Positions 50,121-63,595 of a stretch of 64,000 nucleotides of DNA are shown one piece after another. The stretch's first letter is position 1; every line of letters starts with the position of its first letter. The stretch spans positions 8,744,001 through 8,808,000 of the forward strand of contig NC_045698.1 of assembly GCF_009834535.1 (NCBI RefSeq), given 5' to 3'. Position numbers and translations under genes: made by a program. The notes below the pieces were generated by a model. The model was not told where the DNA came from. It did no database searches and saw only the letters and a program-made list of their open reading frames with translations. This DNA is from Camelus ferus. Lineage: Eukaryota.

Positions 50121-52747
50121 CCTACTGATCTCACTTGGAGTTATCTCAATCAGGGAGCTGTCATAATAGCTTTGAGTGAGGCTCTGAAGAAAAGGGATAT
50201 GAGTCTCAACCTGTTCACTTCCTAGCAACGTTCCCACCCATTTACTTGCAGTATTTGAAATCTGCACGCAAAAATATGCATAGCGGGAATGCCTTTGTCA
50301 AGTTAAAACCTTATCTCCCAACATATGGGGAAGTGTGATCCTTTTAATGAGGATTTCAACTTACATCAACATGAAATATAAAATAAATAACTATATCTCT
50401 TTGATTTTATAGTGACAGGGAAAGTAAGATATACGGTGTGCATATACGCATAAATGCATGTAGGCGTATGTGTGAAAATCTTATGGCATAATTTTGAAGA
50501 TGTCAAAATGAGAAAAAGAAATTCCATGGAAAGCTGTCCCCCTGAGAGATCATCCACTTTTGTTACTTCTAAGACTGTGAGTAGGTGGAGTCCCAGGGGA
50601 AGCTTTTATCTGATTCCCATGCACATGCATGCACTTGTCGGTCTGATAATTCTACTCGGTCATTCAGCAAAATGTGAATAAACTGAACAAGCTTAGCATC
50701 AAATTAATATTCTCATCAATACCCAGCCCAGTTCCATGCCAAGTGATCTCTTAGGCGGATCAGCATTGCTGCTTCCTCCTCACTCACACTGCGGGGATTG
50801 TATTATCCTCCATTCTCATGGCCGATGTCAAGTTGTTCTCGGGACCACAATTATTTTGTGCACGTGCTGCCCTCACCAAATTATGTTTTTTTTGAGACTC
50901 TAATGGGACCCATACCACTGCATATGATGTCCATATAATATATAGTATGGTTATAAAGTTGAATAAAGTTATATAACTTGGAATTTTCAGGCGATTAATA
51001 AAAATAGTCAATTTGTGTACCATGAAACTTCCTGGCAACCCTGTCACTTTCAAATCTGCTCTCAAATCATGAGACAGGAGAGCATTCCTTCACTGCACTG
51101 GCTTCATTATTTTAGAACGACCATTCAATATCTAGGTCAAATCTCTCTGTTTCTCTCTGTCTCTCTGTGTCTGTCTGTCTTTCTGTTTCTCTCTTACTAC
51201 CACCTCTAACCCAGGAACACATAAACACGGACAGACATATGCATACAGAGAGAGAGAGAGAATCACAAGAAACTTTAATTAAGTAAATCTAGCATTACAG
51301 TGAACACTATAAAAAAGGAAATAATACAAAATAGTAAAATAATCTAGGGAAAGGAAAGAAAGATAGATGTGGAAGAAAGTGAAATACTATCTTTCTTTCT
51401 TCTAATCTCTTTTTGTCCTCTCCATTATAATTACAACATACATGTGAATATCCATTATACCAATTCATTAGATTTAATGAGCTAGATAACTTTTCAATGT
51501 TAGAGAAACAATTATGCCATAAATACACATTTTGCAAAGTCATATTTCACGTTCAGGGACACAAAATTAATTCCTTTCATTGATATTAGCACTGAAGACA
51601 TTTAGTGTACAAATTGCAACTCCATTTTTAAAAATACATTCATTGTAGTTATTGGACTGATCCATTTCTTATATAACCTGTAGTGCTAGAGTGTCTGAAG
51701 GAAGGTATGTTTAAAAAAGTAGGTATCCAACAAATCTTAAAAAAATCCCCTCTTTCTCTCTATCTTTCCTTCTCTCTCTCTTTCTCATTAAAATTGGTTG
51801 AGTAAAACATGGCTGCCTTTCCTGACTTAGATTGACAAGGTGTCCGAGTTTTGATGAATTGTTTAAATGTGAATATGGTTGCAATGTAAGTAGGAGGAAA
51901 GGTAGAAAGCCTTGGGAAAATGGAATGTCTTCTTGAATATAAAGTAAGTGATGCTGCTATTACAAAACGGATATAGAGAAAGATATGAAATAATTACTAG
52001 GGAAACCAATCATAATGGAAACTGCTAAAAAATGAATATTTTATATGCAATCAACAACCCTCCAGATCATGTGTGTAGTCCACTAGGGACTGCTAAGACA
52101 GTCCTCAGGTTGTAATATAGCCACTGCTGGGGTAGAATTGAGACAGGATTTGAGACTAGTATATCAAATATGCCTTGCAAGGCGAAGGGTAATTTCCTTT
52201 AGTTTTGGAAATTACCGTAACAGTTTAGTTGCTATAAAGTCACTACTGCAGTGAGCGCTGGGGCAATCGATGGTAATCCCATGTATATCCTTTGTTTTAG
52301 GAAAAAAGTAAGATGATTTATTGCTTTAAAATTGGTTCACTTGTAATTCCCAGTCAATTTCTCCCATAAAACCTGAATGCAGCAATACACTAAGGAGTGC
52401 TTTGTAAATGTCAAGGTATAACGCTAACATTTGATTGCAGTTATTATAATTATTTCTCAAACTCTGGAATGTGAGAGGTTTCTATTGCCAGTAAAAATTA
52501 TTGTCACAGTATGCAAATGTAAGAGAATATTAAATAATTATACCGTTATTTACAGGCCTCTTTTGGTGGCAAAAAACATTACTTCATTTTTTCAGATTAA
52601 GTGTACCCGTACAACTTGTACAGTTTTAGAAGGCTTACATGGAGAATTGCACACCTACAAAAAGTGTACTTAGAACAATGTACTGTGTACCCTGAAATTC
52701 CTGCTAAGTTTCACGGGGGAAATGTTTCATCTGAGATTGGTTGGGTC

Positions 52748-52891
52748 TTTTTTTTTTAAATTATTTTATTTATTTATTTTTATTTTTTATGTATTTTTAT
52801 TGTTTTAACATTTTTTATTGAGTTATAGTCAGTTTACAATGCTGTGTCAGATTCCAGTGTAGAGCACAATTTTTCAGTTATACATGAACAT
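52748..52891 (-). mobile_element. Young L1 3' tip, same family as 35576-35787
   Basis: acattttttattgagttatagtcagtttacaatgctgtgtcagattccagtgtagagcacaatttttcagtt is nearly identical to the 35.6 kb copy. Confidence 0.88.
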
Positions 52892-53381
52892 GCATTTTCA
52901 CTCTTCAGTCTTTGAAATTCTTTATATTATTATGTTTAAGAATGATCTTATTCTTTAACTGCCTTCTAAGCCTAGAACTGACTAAATTTTCTATCAACCA
53001 ATATTTCAAGCTAAATCCTCAATCAGTTCCTTCTGTTTTGACCTTTGCACAAACACCTCCACCCAACCTATCAAAGTAATTAATTGAGCATGATTTAAAT
53101 TTAGACCGTATGGTACTTATCTAGAAAGCCTTAAAATTCATTTCCAACCAACCTGTTGATAATTTAAAATTTGATTTGGTTTGCTAATGGTATATCTTGG
53201 TCTTACAATAATTATTTGTTAGATAAACCATAACACCAAATAATTTAAATTATTCAGTGACTGGACTCCCCAGTAGTTTGATTTAACTTCAGTGAGGATT
53301 TTGGAATAAAATCTATTGCCTTCTTCCTCTTAAAACAAATCCACTGGTCCTTTCAAGAAGCATTTTACAAACTACAATGTT

Positions 53382-53424
53382 CAAACAACAACAACAACAA
53401 GAACAACAAGAACAACAACAACAC
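53382..53424. repeat. (CAA)n-like trinucleotide repeat
   Basis: caacaacaacaagaacaacaagaacaacaacaac. Confidence 0.9.
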
Positions 53425-53679
53425 CAGAGCTTCATGTCTACTTACTTCTGTTTCATTTTTATTTGCTTCCGGAAAGGAGAATCTATAGTAAAGTCAACTT
53501 GAACAATTCTTTAAGGAAGAATTGTTTAAGGAAGACAGTTTAAAGAACTTATGATTTATGGGATGCTTCTGGAATTATTTTATCTAAGTAATAGAAGTTT
53601 GATCAGTCACTTCATCTGAGAATATAAGCAGTGTTTCTCTTGTCTCATCTATGAAACTCAGGCTATCAGACACTTCCTG

Positions 53680-54198
53680 TGCGACACCTCACTTCCGATC
53701 AGTCTCCCATGTCCTCACTCTGCTGTATCAACTAACTTCACAGAGATAACCCAGCAGCACCTTGTCTCAGCCGCATCACGTGTCTAAGGCTGCCAGTCCG
53801 GGATCTTCTCTGCTGCTGGGGCCTGGGGTCACTGGGATCCAGCTCTTCACTGACCCACACAGGTATCCAGAGATGTCTGTGAGCCCATGAGCCAGCCCTC
53901 GACCACTGGGAAACTGTAGTGGGTACCAGTGAATAAATACTCACCTCTCTGTCTCATCGCTAGTGGATTCTGTGATGTATTCTCCATGGCTCCTCGTGGC
54001 ATCATCCCAGTAGGGTCAAGCCCCACTTGCTCTCAGTAGTGATCAGCTTGAAAGACAAACCATTGAATTGGTTTTCCAACTTTCCATGTCTTAGTCTTCC
54101 CAATTTCCTGCTTCGATTCCTTGGTATCAAGTCCCCAAATAAATTACTCATCTACAAGCCCAAGCCCTTCTTTCTGGGAGAAAACCAGGCTGAGACTG
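53680..54198 (+). mobile_element. ERVL solo LTR, LTR16-like
   Basis: ccagccctcgaccactggg...ccccaaataaattactc...ttctgggagaaaaccaggctgagac. Confidence 0.75.
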
Positions 54199-54344
54199 TC
54201 ATTGTATGTTTCTTTCCTGCTGTTTTCTTTTGTGTCTTATGAATTTTTTTCATATTTTCTCAACTTCTCTAATCTTCTTAAAATGTTTTTCTTTCATTTT
54301 CATTTGACATCCTATCTTTTGGGAGATAAAAATAATTTGCATTT

Positions 54345-54660
54345 ATAAGGGGGCATCACAAGAGAAACTTATGATGATGGAAATGTTCCATATCTTGACT
54401 GTGGTGGTGAATATGCAGATACAGTTTATAAAATTGAGCAGAACTAAATGCACACAAATATCAATGCAAGTAAAATCCAAATAAGATCTGTGGATTGCTT
54501 CAGTGTCAATATAATGGTTGTGATTTTATTTTATAGCTCTGCAAGATGTTACCTTTGGAGTAAACTGGTAAAAGACACAGGGGATTTCCCTGTATAGTTA
54601 CTTACAACTTCATGTGAACCTACAATTATCTCAATAAACACTTAATTAAAGAAAAAAAAA
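54345..54660 (+). mobile_element. L1MD/MC-type 3' end
   Basis: gatggaaatgttccatatcttgactgtggtggt...gcaagatgttacc...cttacaacttcatgtgaacctacaattatctcaataaa. Confidence 0.85.
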
Positions 54661-57334
54661 TCTTGCTTTTCTTTAACTATAGCCACTCAATTTACACACC
54701 CCTATGAACTGCATTCTTTTAGCAGGTTAATAACCAGGTTAAATACTTATATATACATTTGTAAGAGTATCTCATTTAAATAATGAAGTCATATTCAAAA
54801 GCCTATTCAGCTTTTAATTAAAAGCCATCTGTTAACTTCTGTGCTTTGAACAACCTAGAATCTAATAGGAATAGTTACGTATTTTATATATAGGATTAAA
54901 TTAAATTGAAAGGGCATTCTCATTTAGTGCTTTTAATATTTATTAAGAAGGAAAGCATTGCTAAGCTGTTTGATCAGTACTAACAAGTTTTACCGTCTAT
55001 AAAGGAAGTTGTATCAGATATGTTTAGTTTCTAGCTTTTAATTTTCTTTTATTTGTATATTTTTCATAAGAACGTCTGTGCTCAGTTAAACTCACTAGAG
55101 TGGTTTTCAAATGGAAAATATGATTGACTGTCTACATTTGGAAAAAAAAATTATATCCTAAGGATGTGTTAGTCACCTACCTGTCTCTTACGAGCCCAGT
55201 TCAGGGACTGAATTTATACTATGTAAAAATGATGCTCTCTTGATCCTTAAAAGCAAGTTAAGTGTATAACTCAACAACAGTTCTAAATGCAATGCATTAT
55301 AATTTTAAAGACCTTCTTTCTTCAGAATTATTTGTCACAACACAGGACAACTTTAGAAGTGAAGGAAATGAAAAAAATTAACTGGCCTAGTGCTTTCTTT
55401 CATTTTGTCTGTATAAAAGCACGTCTGTTACCTTTCTCTGTAAGTACTTATGCCTCTCCACCCCAACACATGTCTCATCCACAACGTTGACATTCGTCAT
55501 CTTTCTCAAATGCTACTTTTCCCTGTTTTAGTTACCCTTGGCCTATACCTTGACCTTCTGCTGCCTGTCTCAATAAATTCAGAACACCAGCATTTACCTG
55601 CAGCAAATGTGAATGGTTCCCCCAGAAATATAGCCTCCAATAAAAACCAAAGCCAAAGGAGAGAGAAAGGTGAGGTCGAGTATAATTTTCTCAACACAGC
55701 CTCCCTTCGCTTTTTCGTTTTGGCCTTAGACACTCTGTTGACCTCTGTCTATTTTTATGGCTGGATTAATACTGCTGTTTCAATGAGTCTGAATGTGCAG
55801 AATCATATGGTGGGGATGACCTTAAAAAGTGCTAACCTCCAAAAAGATTATGTGAAAAAATGGTAAAAAAAAAAAAATGAGACTTACAGACCAAGAAAAT
55901 ACCTTATGGATGGCTTTACTCAACTTTCTAACTTTATAAAGGGGAAGCTGGTGAAAGAACAGATGAATGATATTGTGTTGGGCTTGTATCCCTCCAGTGT
56001 TGGCTGTCGAATCCTCTACGCCTTGCTTCAGCAGAACTGCAGACCCAAGGTCATCGATATCCCCAAATGGGTGGAAGTATCAGAGATCCTAGAACAAGCG
56101 CTGAACAATTCAAATTCAAATTAGAATTTCTAATGCTGAAGTTTTGTGTATCCGTCTACCAGCAGCTGAGTGTTGGGGTTTTACCCTATTGCCAGGTCCC
56201 TGCTTTGTGCATTGCAATAGTTAGTGACCTGGTGACTTTCTCCCCTGCTACCGGAATCTTTCCTTTGTTTCCCTCTATGAGGTCCTTCAGATTTTGGTCC
56301 TGTCTTTCTCACTTTTGGTCTTGCTCTTCTCACGAACTCCCTATGGCCTGTGAAGGACCCATAATTCTCATCTCCTTTGGATGAAACATACTGCTTGTCC
56401 CCGGACTCCTGGGTGTTGACAACCTAACTACTCTGAGAGCTTCTTCCCAGAAAGTCTTTCCACCTCTGTGGACCTGTATGGGGCCGGGACTGCCCTCTTG
56501 GATGGGGATGTAGCTAAGGGAATTCCACGAATATCTTACAGTCTGGGGACACTAATCTTTGAGAAATCTATCCTTGGGTTTAGATAGCTATCTAAAAGGT
56601 GTTTTCTATCCTGTCTAGCTTAACAGGTCCCCTTCTGACCATCCCGGTCAAATTCAATCTCAAATTTCTATTTTGGGGATTGCGAGGGAGGAGCTGGGCA
56701 TGAGAAAATCCGGTATGTGAAAGTAACACGTTCAAATGGAGAAAGACAATTAAAGCAATTGTTTGAAAAAGGACAATTGTATTCTGATTCCATTAACTGC
56801 CTTCTCTTACTCTTTTACTTCCAGGAGTGCCTTAGTCATATTCAGCTCCCAAAACTATTTTCCTTAAGCACAGTAACTGTGATAGTATTATTTTCTGGTT
56901 GCTGATCTTTGCTTTTTAAAATATCACACCATAGTTAGTATTGCACAAGACACATAAGAGGCACTTGAGAAGTAACTGCCCTTTCTAACTGAGTTCTATG
57001 GCATATAAATGAAAAAAACATAAACATGCTTTATTATCTCTCAAGCACCAGGCAAATGTAAAATATAAAACCTTCCTATGCTGAACCACATAGATGTAAT
57101 ACGAACCAAGGAATGTAACAAACATGAAATGTAATTATTTTGGATATAGCAATTTTAATATTTACTATGGAGGATGATTAACCAATATTTTCTGGTTTTT
57201 CCTTTATGCTTCATTTTAATCTGTAATTCTCACTAGTTAATCAAAAGACAAGGGGAAAACTTTGTAGAAAAATAGTGGTACCTAGTAGAAAATGCAATCA
57301 ATTTGTATTTTTTATTTAACAACTTGCCAATTGG

Positions 57335-57745
57335 CAGATACATTTACATTGTTACAGAACATACTCTTATAGAACAAAATGTATTTATTTTATATATATA
57401 TAGTATATTGATTTTTAACTCTTAAAAAGTTTGCATAATTACAAGCACTAATGAGCAATGAGAATGTACTGCAACTGCACACACTAAGGTAGATAAATAT
57501 TGTCAACTTAATGTTGAACAAAAGAAGCTGAACTCAAAAGTGAACATACTGTGCTATTCCACTAATGAGAAGGTCAAACGCACACAAAACGTACCCAGGG
57601 TCCTAGAGGTTAGGATAGTGGTTGCCCTATGGGGGGAGAGTAATGCCTGGAATTATGGTAATATTCTGTTCCTTGATCTGGTTGCAGGTTTCCTTGGTGC
57701 ACTTATTTTGTGAAAGTTTATTAAGCTCATGTAACTTATACACAG
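57335..57745 (+). mobile_element. L1ME-type 3' UTR fragment
   Basis: taatgttgaacaaaagaagc...gaggttaggatagtggttgccc...ttctgttccttgatctgg. Confidence 0.75.
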
Positions 57746-58371
57746 ATGTCCTACTAGATGTCTAGCTCATTTTGCTTATGGTTTTCAAGCTGAATCCTGA
57801 TTAATGGGAAGTGTGTGTTTTGATAAGGGTATACCAAATAATTAGGGTTTATGTGAGTTACTGTTTTAAGCTCTATTAGAACTAAAACAGGGTGGTTTTG
57901 TGCTTATTGGAAGCAAGCAGATTTGTCTGAATTCATGAATCATTGTCGAAGCTGAGTGAATTATCTTCAGCGAATACAAACAACCTTGTGATAGTCATAA
58001 ATGTCTTCTTGTTTTGAGTGGGAGGCCGGGGACTGGAATAGTGTCACAAGCAGTCATTTGAGGTTAACAGAAACCACATTTGTGTTTCTCAAACACTGCT
58101 TACCTTGCTGTGCCATATTTTTCCCCATAACTTAATTGAAAGATAATAACCATAATGTTATAATTAAAGGCCACACATACAGTAGCTGCTTTGTGTAAAA
58201 AACAACTTTGACACTTAATTACCTACCTAGAGCTGTAATTACGTTAGAATCATGGCATAAATACTATTTATAGAATGCCTCATGTGTCTCTTTGGATTAT
58301 TGGGAAAAAGAAAAACAATTATTCCTCTTTCTTTATGTCTTTTCTCCCTACCTGTCAAAAGTGGTAACCGC

Positions 58372-58411
58372 AAAAAAAAAAAAAAAAAAAAAAAAGAGAG
58401 AGAGAGAGAGA
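58372..58411. repeat. Poly(A) followed by (GA)n
   Basis: About 24 A then a GA repeat. Confidence 0.95.
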
Positions 58412-60199
58412 AAGACAAAAGGAAAATGTCTCTTAAAAAAACTTTACTTTTATGATTTTATACAAAAATCAGTCAGCATAGCACCCAACAACACTTCTGT
58501 TCCTTGAAACGCCTTTCAGTTTTAGAAAATGTGGCTTAGTGCTCATGAAAATGAAAGATTCAAAGCAATGACTAATACAAAAATTTTTTCCAGGCAGTTA
58601 TTCTGTTACCATAGAAGAATATTGCCTAATGATTGAAAACATATATATTGCAACTTTATAGGGAACCACTGTAAATTTTTTTATCTTTCAATGGACCTTA
58701 ATCTCAACCCCCAAGCCTAAAGTAAGTAGTTAGCCATAAATAAGCTTTCAGAGTGCCGACAGAAAATATAACAGTGAGATTACCCTCAGTGACTGCTTTT
58801 CTCTAAAACTTTAAATAAAAATAAATTTCTCAGAAAGACTTTTCCTAATCCAAAATTTCATTACTTAGATTTCTATTGGCCAGTTGCCTAGCATGTGAAT
58901 GTAATGATTTAGGCATTTAGAGAATAGAAGTTCAGCCGGTTAATTTTACTAGTGAAATTTGAGAGAGTAATAATAATATTTGTTGAGAGAAACTGTAAGG
59001 CAGTGGTAAAAAATGGATGTATATAGCTGAGAGTACCCTTAATTTTTACCCAAGTGGATAGAATAAATTCCTCATGTGATATCATTTATATTCTTTTTTG
59101 AGGGAAAATGGCTGATACAGAATTTGATTAAATAATAAATTATATCAAAAAAGCTACTTAAATAAAAAGAATTCAGGCAGTGTATTCTACTTGTCAATTT
59201 TTTTTGTATAAGAATTTAATCACATAAAAACATCAATTTGTTTATATGTGTAAAAACACCCTAAATTGATAACAATAATTTTTTCAGTCCTGTGTATTTT
59301 TAATTAATTACTTAAATTGAAGTCCAGTCTTTACTGGTCAGTTTCTATCTGGATGATGTGAATGCCAATCCCAGCTGCCAGCTGTGTGGCCCTTTAGAGC
59401 TCAGACCATTTTCCACACCTCAGGTGGCTCACCTGTGAAATTAACAAGAGTGTGGACCAAATTGTCTACAATGTTCTCTCTATTTCCAAAAATCTAAGAT
59501 GCCATTTCATTTTTTTCTTATTTTTAATCCGTTTTAACGGAATGCGTCATTGATCACATGGCATGGCTTACACCATATTCTTCGACAGCAGAGAAAACGT
59601 GGAGTGTTTTCTCTCTCTGTTCATGTGACGTTTTAAAGGAGAGGCTGGATAGAAGAGTATGGGGTAGAAAGAAGTGTACCGTATAACCAGTCCATGTGAG
59701 TGGTATTTGTAATAATTCAACTCTCCTGCTATGTTGCTGCATCTGATTATCTCTCCTTCGCCTTCCAGCAAAAGCTACCACCTAGGAATGAGTGCACATA
59801 TTACATATTAATATTATATGTTTAAAATGATCGTATTTTCAGTGTTTTCCTTTGACCAATTTAGCCTTTCTTAAAAAACAGCTTTATCGAAGTGTAAATG
59901 ACATACAATAAACTACTGTTTTAAGCTTACAATTTGATAAGTTTGAGGTATGTTGACTCTGGATGGTGGTGATGATTTTACAGGTGTAACTGTTGTTCAA
60001 AACTGGATCTCTTCTAGTCTGATCTGATTTAGTCTTCTTTCTACTGTAACTGTCTGCCTCCTTGGTTCACTCAGTAAACAATCATATAAAGTTTATTAAG
60101 AAAAATATTCAATTTAACAAATCTGCATTGGGAATGTATATAATCCATAGACAAGTCAGGATTATCCATTTAAAGTTATTACATAATTATCTATTCATT

Positions 60200-61060
60200 A
60201 TTTGATTTACTCAACAAATATTTCTTTCATTATGAGCCAGGAGCCCTGCTCGACATCAGAATATTATTACTAAATGGAATGAGAATAGGCTGTAGTCTCT
60301 CTGACCTTATAATTTAATTGGAGATACAGGATATATAGTTTAGTTGGCAACATAGTTTAACTGAAGATTGAAGCAATAGACTAGGAGATATGATGTAATA
60401 GATGAGCTTTCAGAATAACACGAGGGTCTTTTCCCAATTTTGTGGGAGGCTTCCTAGAGGAAATGATGTCTGAAAACAAGTGGGATCTATCCACTGAAAG
60501 GAGGACATATGTGTGCGTGTTCAGAGAAGAGGGGACTGAATTTACAAGATCCCCAAGGAGAAACAGACTATGAAACTCACATGTAACTCAGCACATCAGG
60601 ACCAGGGAGTTAAGCGTTGACCAGAATTTGGAACACACTGCCCCTGGTGGTTCATCTTAAAACACTTCATCTGGAAAAGACAAGATGAAGCTTTGGTTGT
60701 AATAAAATCCCAGTGATCATTTTGAGACTGGTGGCTTGACTCTATGTGTAATATGATATTAACTTAAATTAGATGAATGAAATTGTGAAGCAAACAAATT
60801 CAAGAAGTTATTTATGAGCTCAGTATAGTAGGACTTAAAACAGAGGAGACTGAAGAAGAGGGAAGGCTCTGGTGAAGAATGAAAACCAAAGCCACTGCTC
60901 AGGTTTCTGGTTTATCCAAGGGCTAGATCATGATGTTACTAATAGAATTAAGGCTTGTTGGGGAAGGTGAGGGTTTAGTTTGTTTGATCCGTTGTGTATT
61001 TGAGTTGACAGGTCTAGGGAATATTAGATGCTTGGGTTTAAAGCTCATAAAGCTGGATTG
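60200..61060 (-). mobile_element. L2 fragments
   Basis: tttactcaacaaatattt tail; ggaggcttcctagaggaaatgatgtctga; caggtttctggttt. Confidence 0.7.
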
Positions 61061-61071
61061 ATGATTTCAGT

Positions 61072-61470
61072 CTTTCTTTTTATTGAGATATAATTGACAT
61101 TCAACATTGTGTAGGTTTAAGGGGTACAATGTGTTGATTTGATACATTCATAAGTGGCAATGTGATTACCACCATAGTGTGAGCTAACACCTCTCTCATA
61201 GCCCATAATTATCTTTTTTTTTTTTTTTCGGTGGTGCCAACAATTGAGATCCCGTCTCTTAGCAACTTTGAAGTTGTCCAAAACAGAATTGTTCATCATA
61301 ATCACCATGCGAGCATTAGATCTCCAGAACTCATTTAACTACAGTTGAAAATTTGCACGGTAAGCAACATCTCCCCAGTTCCGCACCTCCCAGGCCCTGG
61401 TAACCCCATTCCGTTCCTCAGTTTCCACCAGTTTGGCTTGTTTAGTTTCCACGTACAAGTGATATCACTG
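61072..61470 (-). mobile_element. L1MA9-like 3' end
   Basis: tttattgagatataattgacattcaacattgtgtaggtttaagg...cattagatctccagaactcattt. Confidence 0.88.
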
Positions 61471-62544
61471 CAGACTCTAGCTTTGTGCTCTATGATCCAG
61501 GAGATGAAGCCTTGAGAATATCTTAAATTCAGAGTAAAATTTTCTACAGTTATACATTTTTTTTTCTTTCACACGTGGTTCTGAATTTTCCAAATTCCAG
61601 CTACTGCTTATATCGTTAAACAGAAATATCAAGTGTGAAATCCTTATATTTTAAAACTTTCAATCTTAAAAATTTTGCTAATGGCCCTTGAATCTCTGTC
61701 CTGAATCTTTAGGAGAACAAAGAAAAGGTGCGTCATGGTTCATTTTAAAAACAAAAAGTCTCATGCAGGAAATTAATTAAATTAATGTTAAAGTCGTGGC
61801 ATCATACCAGGTAAATGTGATGTTTTTCAGTCTGTAAGATAAAAAGCATAATCCGAATAGTACTATGTTTTCAGTTATATGCATGGTAACCTTTATGTAT
61901 AAGATAAACAGAATTTTCCACACTTATTTATAGACTATAGGCAGTCATATTTTAATAGAAGGATTATTAATTTTCAAATAGCTTAATACTACAGACAATG
62001 AAATAGCTTTATAAATCATGGATATTGATCTGAATAAGTCACTCTTCCAAGAGATTAAAAAGAAAAAATTGAATGAATCGTAGAACAAAACTAATGATTC
62101 AGTTTTTCATTTTTAGTGATGGAAAAGCCAGGCAATCAAACAAAGAGATACATTTTCAAACACATTTGTGAGTCTAAATATAACTTTACAATAAAATTAG
62201 ATGCCAGAAAAGAATATAAAAAAGATATTGATATAAGTGTTTATGTTCTTATGAATAAAGTTCTTTTATTACGACACTTAATTATTTTTATGTGAATATA
62301 AAACCCTGAGGTAGTGATAACTATTTTTCATGAAATAATCTGACAAAAACGTTCCCATGAAAAAGAATAATCTTATTATATGATTTTCAACCTCGTTTAT
62401 GTCCTGGTTTTTACTGATTCTTTTATCTGCCAGTCTGTGTAAAGTGTTTAAATACTTATAATTTTGATCTTAGCTGCATTTGTCTGGTCCTTATTCTATG
62501 GTAAGGAGATACATTTCTTCTCCTTCCAAAATTCTGTAACGTTT

Positions 62545-62965
62545 TGTGTAAGTTAACTATCACTGAATAATAAATCACCCCCAAATATAGTGGCATCAAA
62601 CCATAAAAAGTTACTCTTTCACATATGTCTACATTGATTTGATGGTTCCACTGACTGGGCTGGACTTGTCAGGCATCGTGGTCAGATTTCTGGGAGCTGG
62701 CTGATCTGGGGAGACCTGGGTTGGACCTACTTGACTCTGCTCAGCTTTACATGGTCCCCAGTAGTCCGGAAGTTCATCCCAGGACAGGTTTCTCATTGTG
62801 GACAGGTCTCCAGAAGGGACAGCAGAAGTGAGCATCTAAAAGCTAAGACAAGTCACAGGGTCAGTCTAGATTCGGTAAGAAATATTGCAAAGTCATGTTT
62901 CAAAGAATGAGAGGGTACAAAAAAGCTGGAGAATAGGGGCCATTTTTTGACATCAGTCCTGACAC
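62545..62965 (-). mobile_element. MaLR LTR, MLT1H/I-like
   Basis: aatcacccccaaatatagtggcatcaaac...agtcacagggtcagtctagattc...gcaaagtcatg...ggggccatttt. Confidence 0.7.
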
Positions 62966-63174
62966 ATATCGTATGCTTTATTTATTTGATTACAGATCAT
63001 TCAGGAAATGAGACGAGATTTTTTTTAAGACAGTTGCCATTGGTATTAAAGAAGACAATAAGCCATTGTTTTAGTATTTTCTTTATTGTTGATTCCTGTG
63101 GCTGGTTGCAAACTCTACAATGTCTTTTAACTATTTTTTATTAATTTTTATTTTTATATGTTGATATTCTATTT

Positions 63175-63595
63175 TTTTTGAGCACCTGTGAAGTAACATA
63201 TTTTACAGCACAAAGAGGAAGTACCATCTGCGTTACATTCAGTGAGTTCGCTTTATCAGGGAGACAGTAAAGATACAAGAAAATAAAACATCATGGTTTC
63301 CTGAAAACTGAAACATTCACTATGGAAATTACAGGGAAGGAACAGCTAAGCCTTTCTGTGGGAGTCTGGGGATGTTTTCTTTAGATGGAAAGGGTTGATC
63401 TCCAGCTGAAGAGATGAACAGGAGTTCATTACCTAGAAGGGGAAGGTGGGACGGGCATGTGACATACAGAAGATAAGTCGGTACACCCAGCAGTCAGGAG
63501 GAGGGAGCTGAGGCTGAAGTCAGAAAGGTGAAGGGCTTTGTAGGCTCTCGTCACAAATATGAGCATATTTTATGAGAATCTGTAAAATCTGTGAA
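63175..63595 (-). mobile_element. L2 fragment
   Basis: ttgagcacctgtg...gctgaagagatgaacaggagttc...gaaggtgggacgggcat. Confidence 0.55.

Noticed and set aside
55450..55866. 138-aa ORF in unique sequence
   Set aside because: No recognisable homology and no supporting promoter or splice structure.
56579..56596. Perfect 18-bp palindrome TTTAGATAGCTATCTAAA with two GATA sites
   Set aside because: Roughly one such palindrome is expected by chance in 64 kb of AT-rich DNA; 12-bp palindromes near 45484 and 47363 were rejected for the same reason.
60638..60655. CTCF-like CCACCAGGGGCAG on the minus strand
   Set aside because: One G short of the core spacing, so a poor match.
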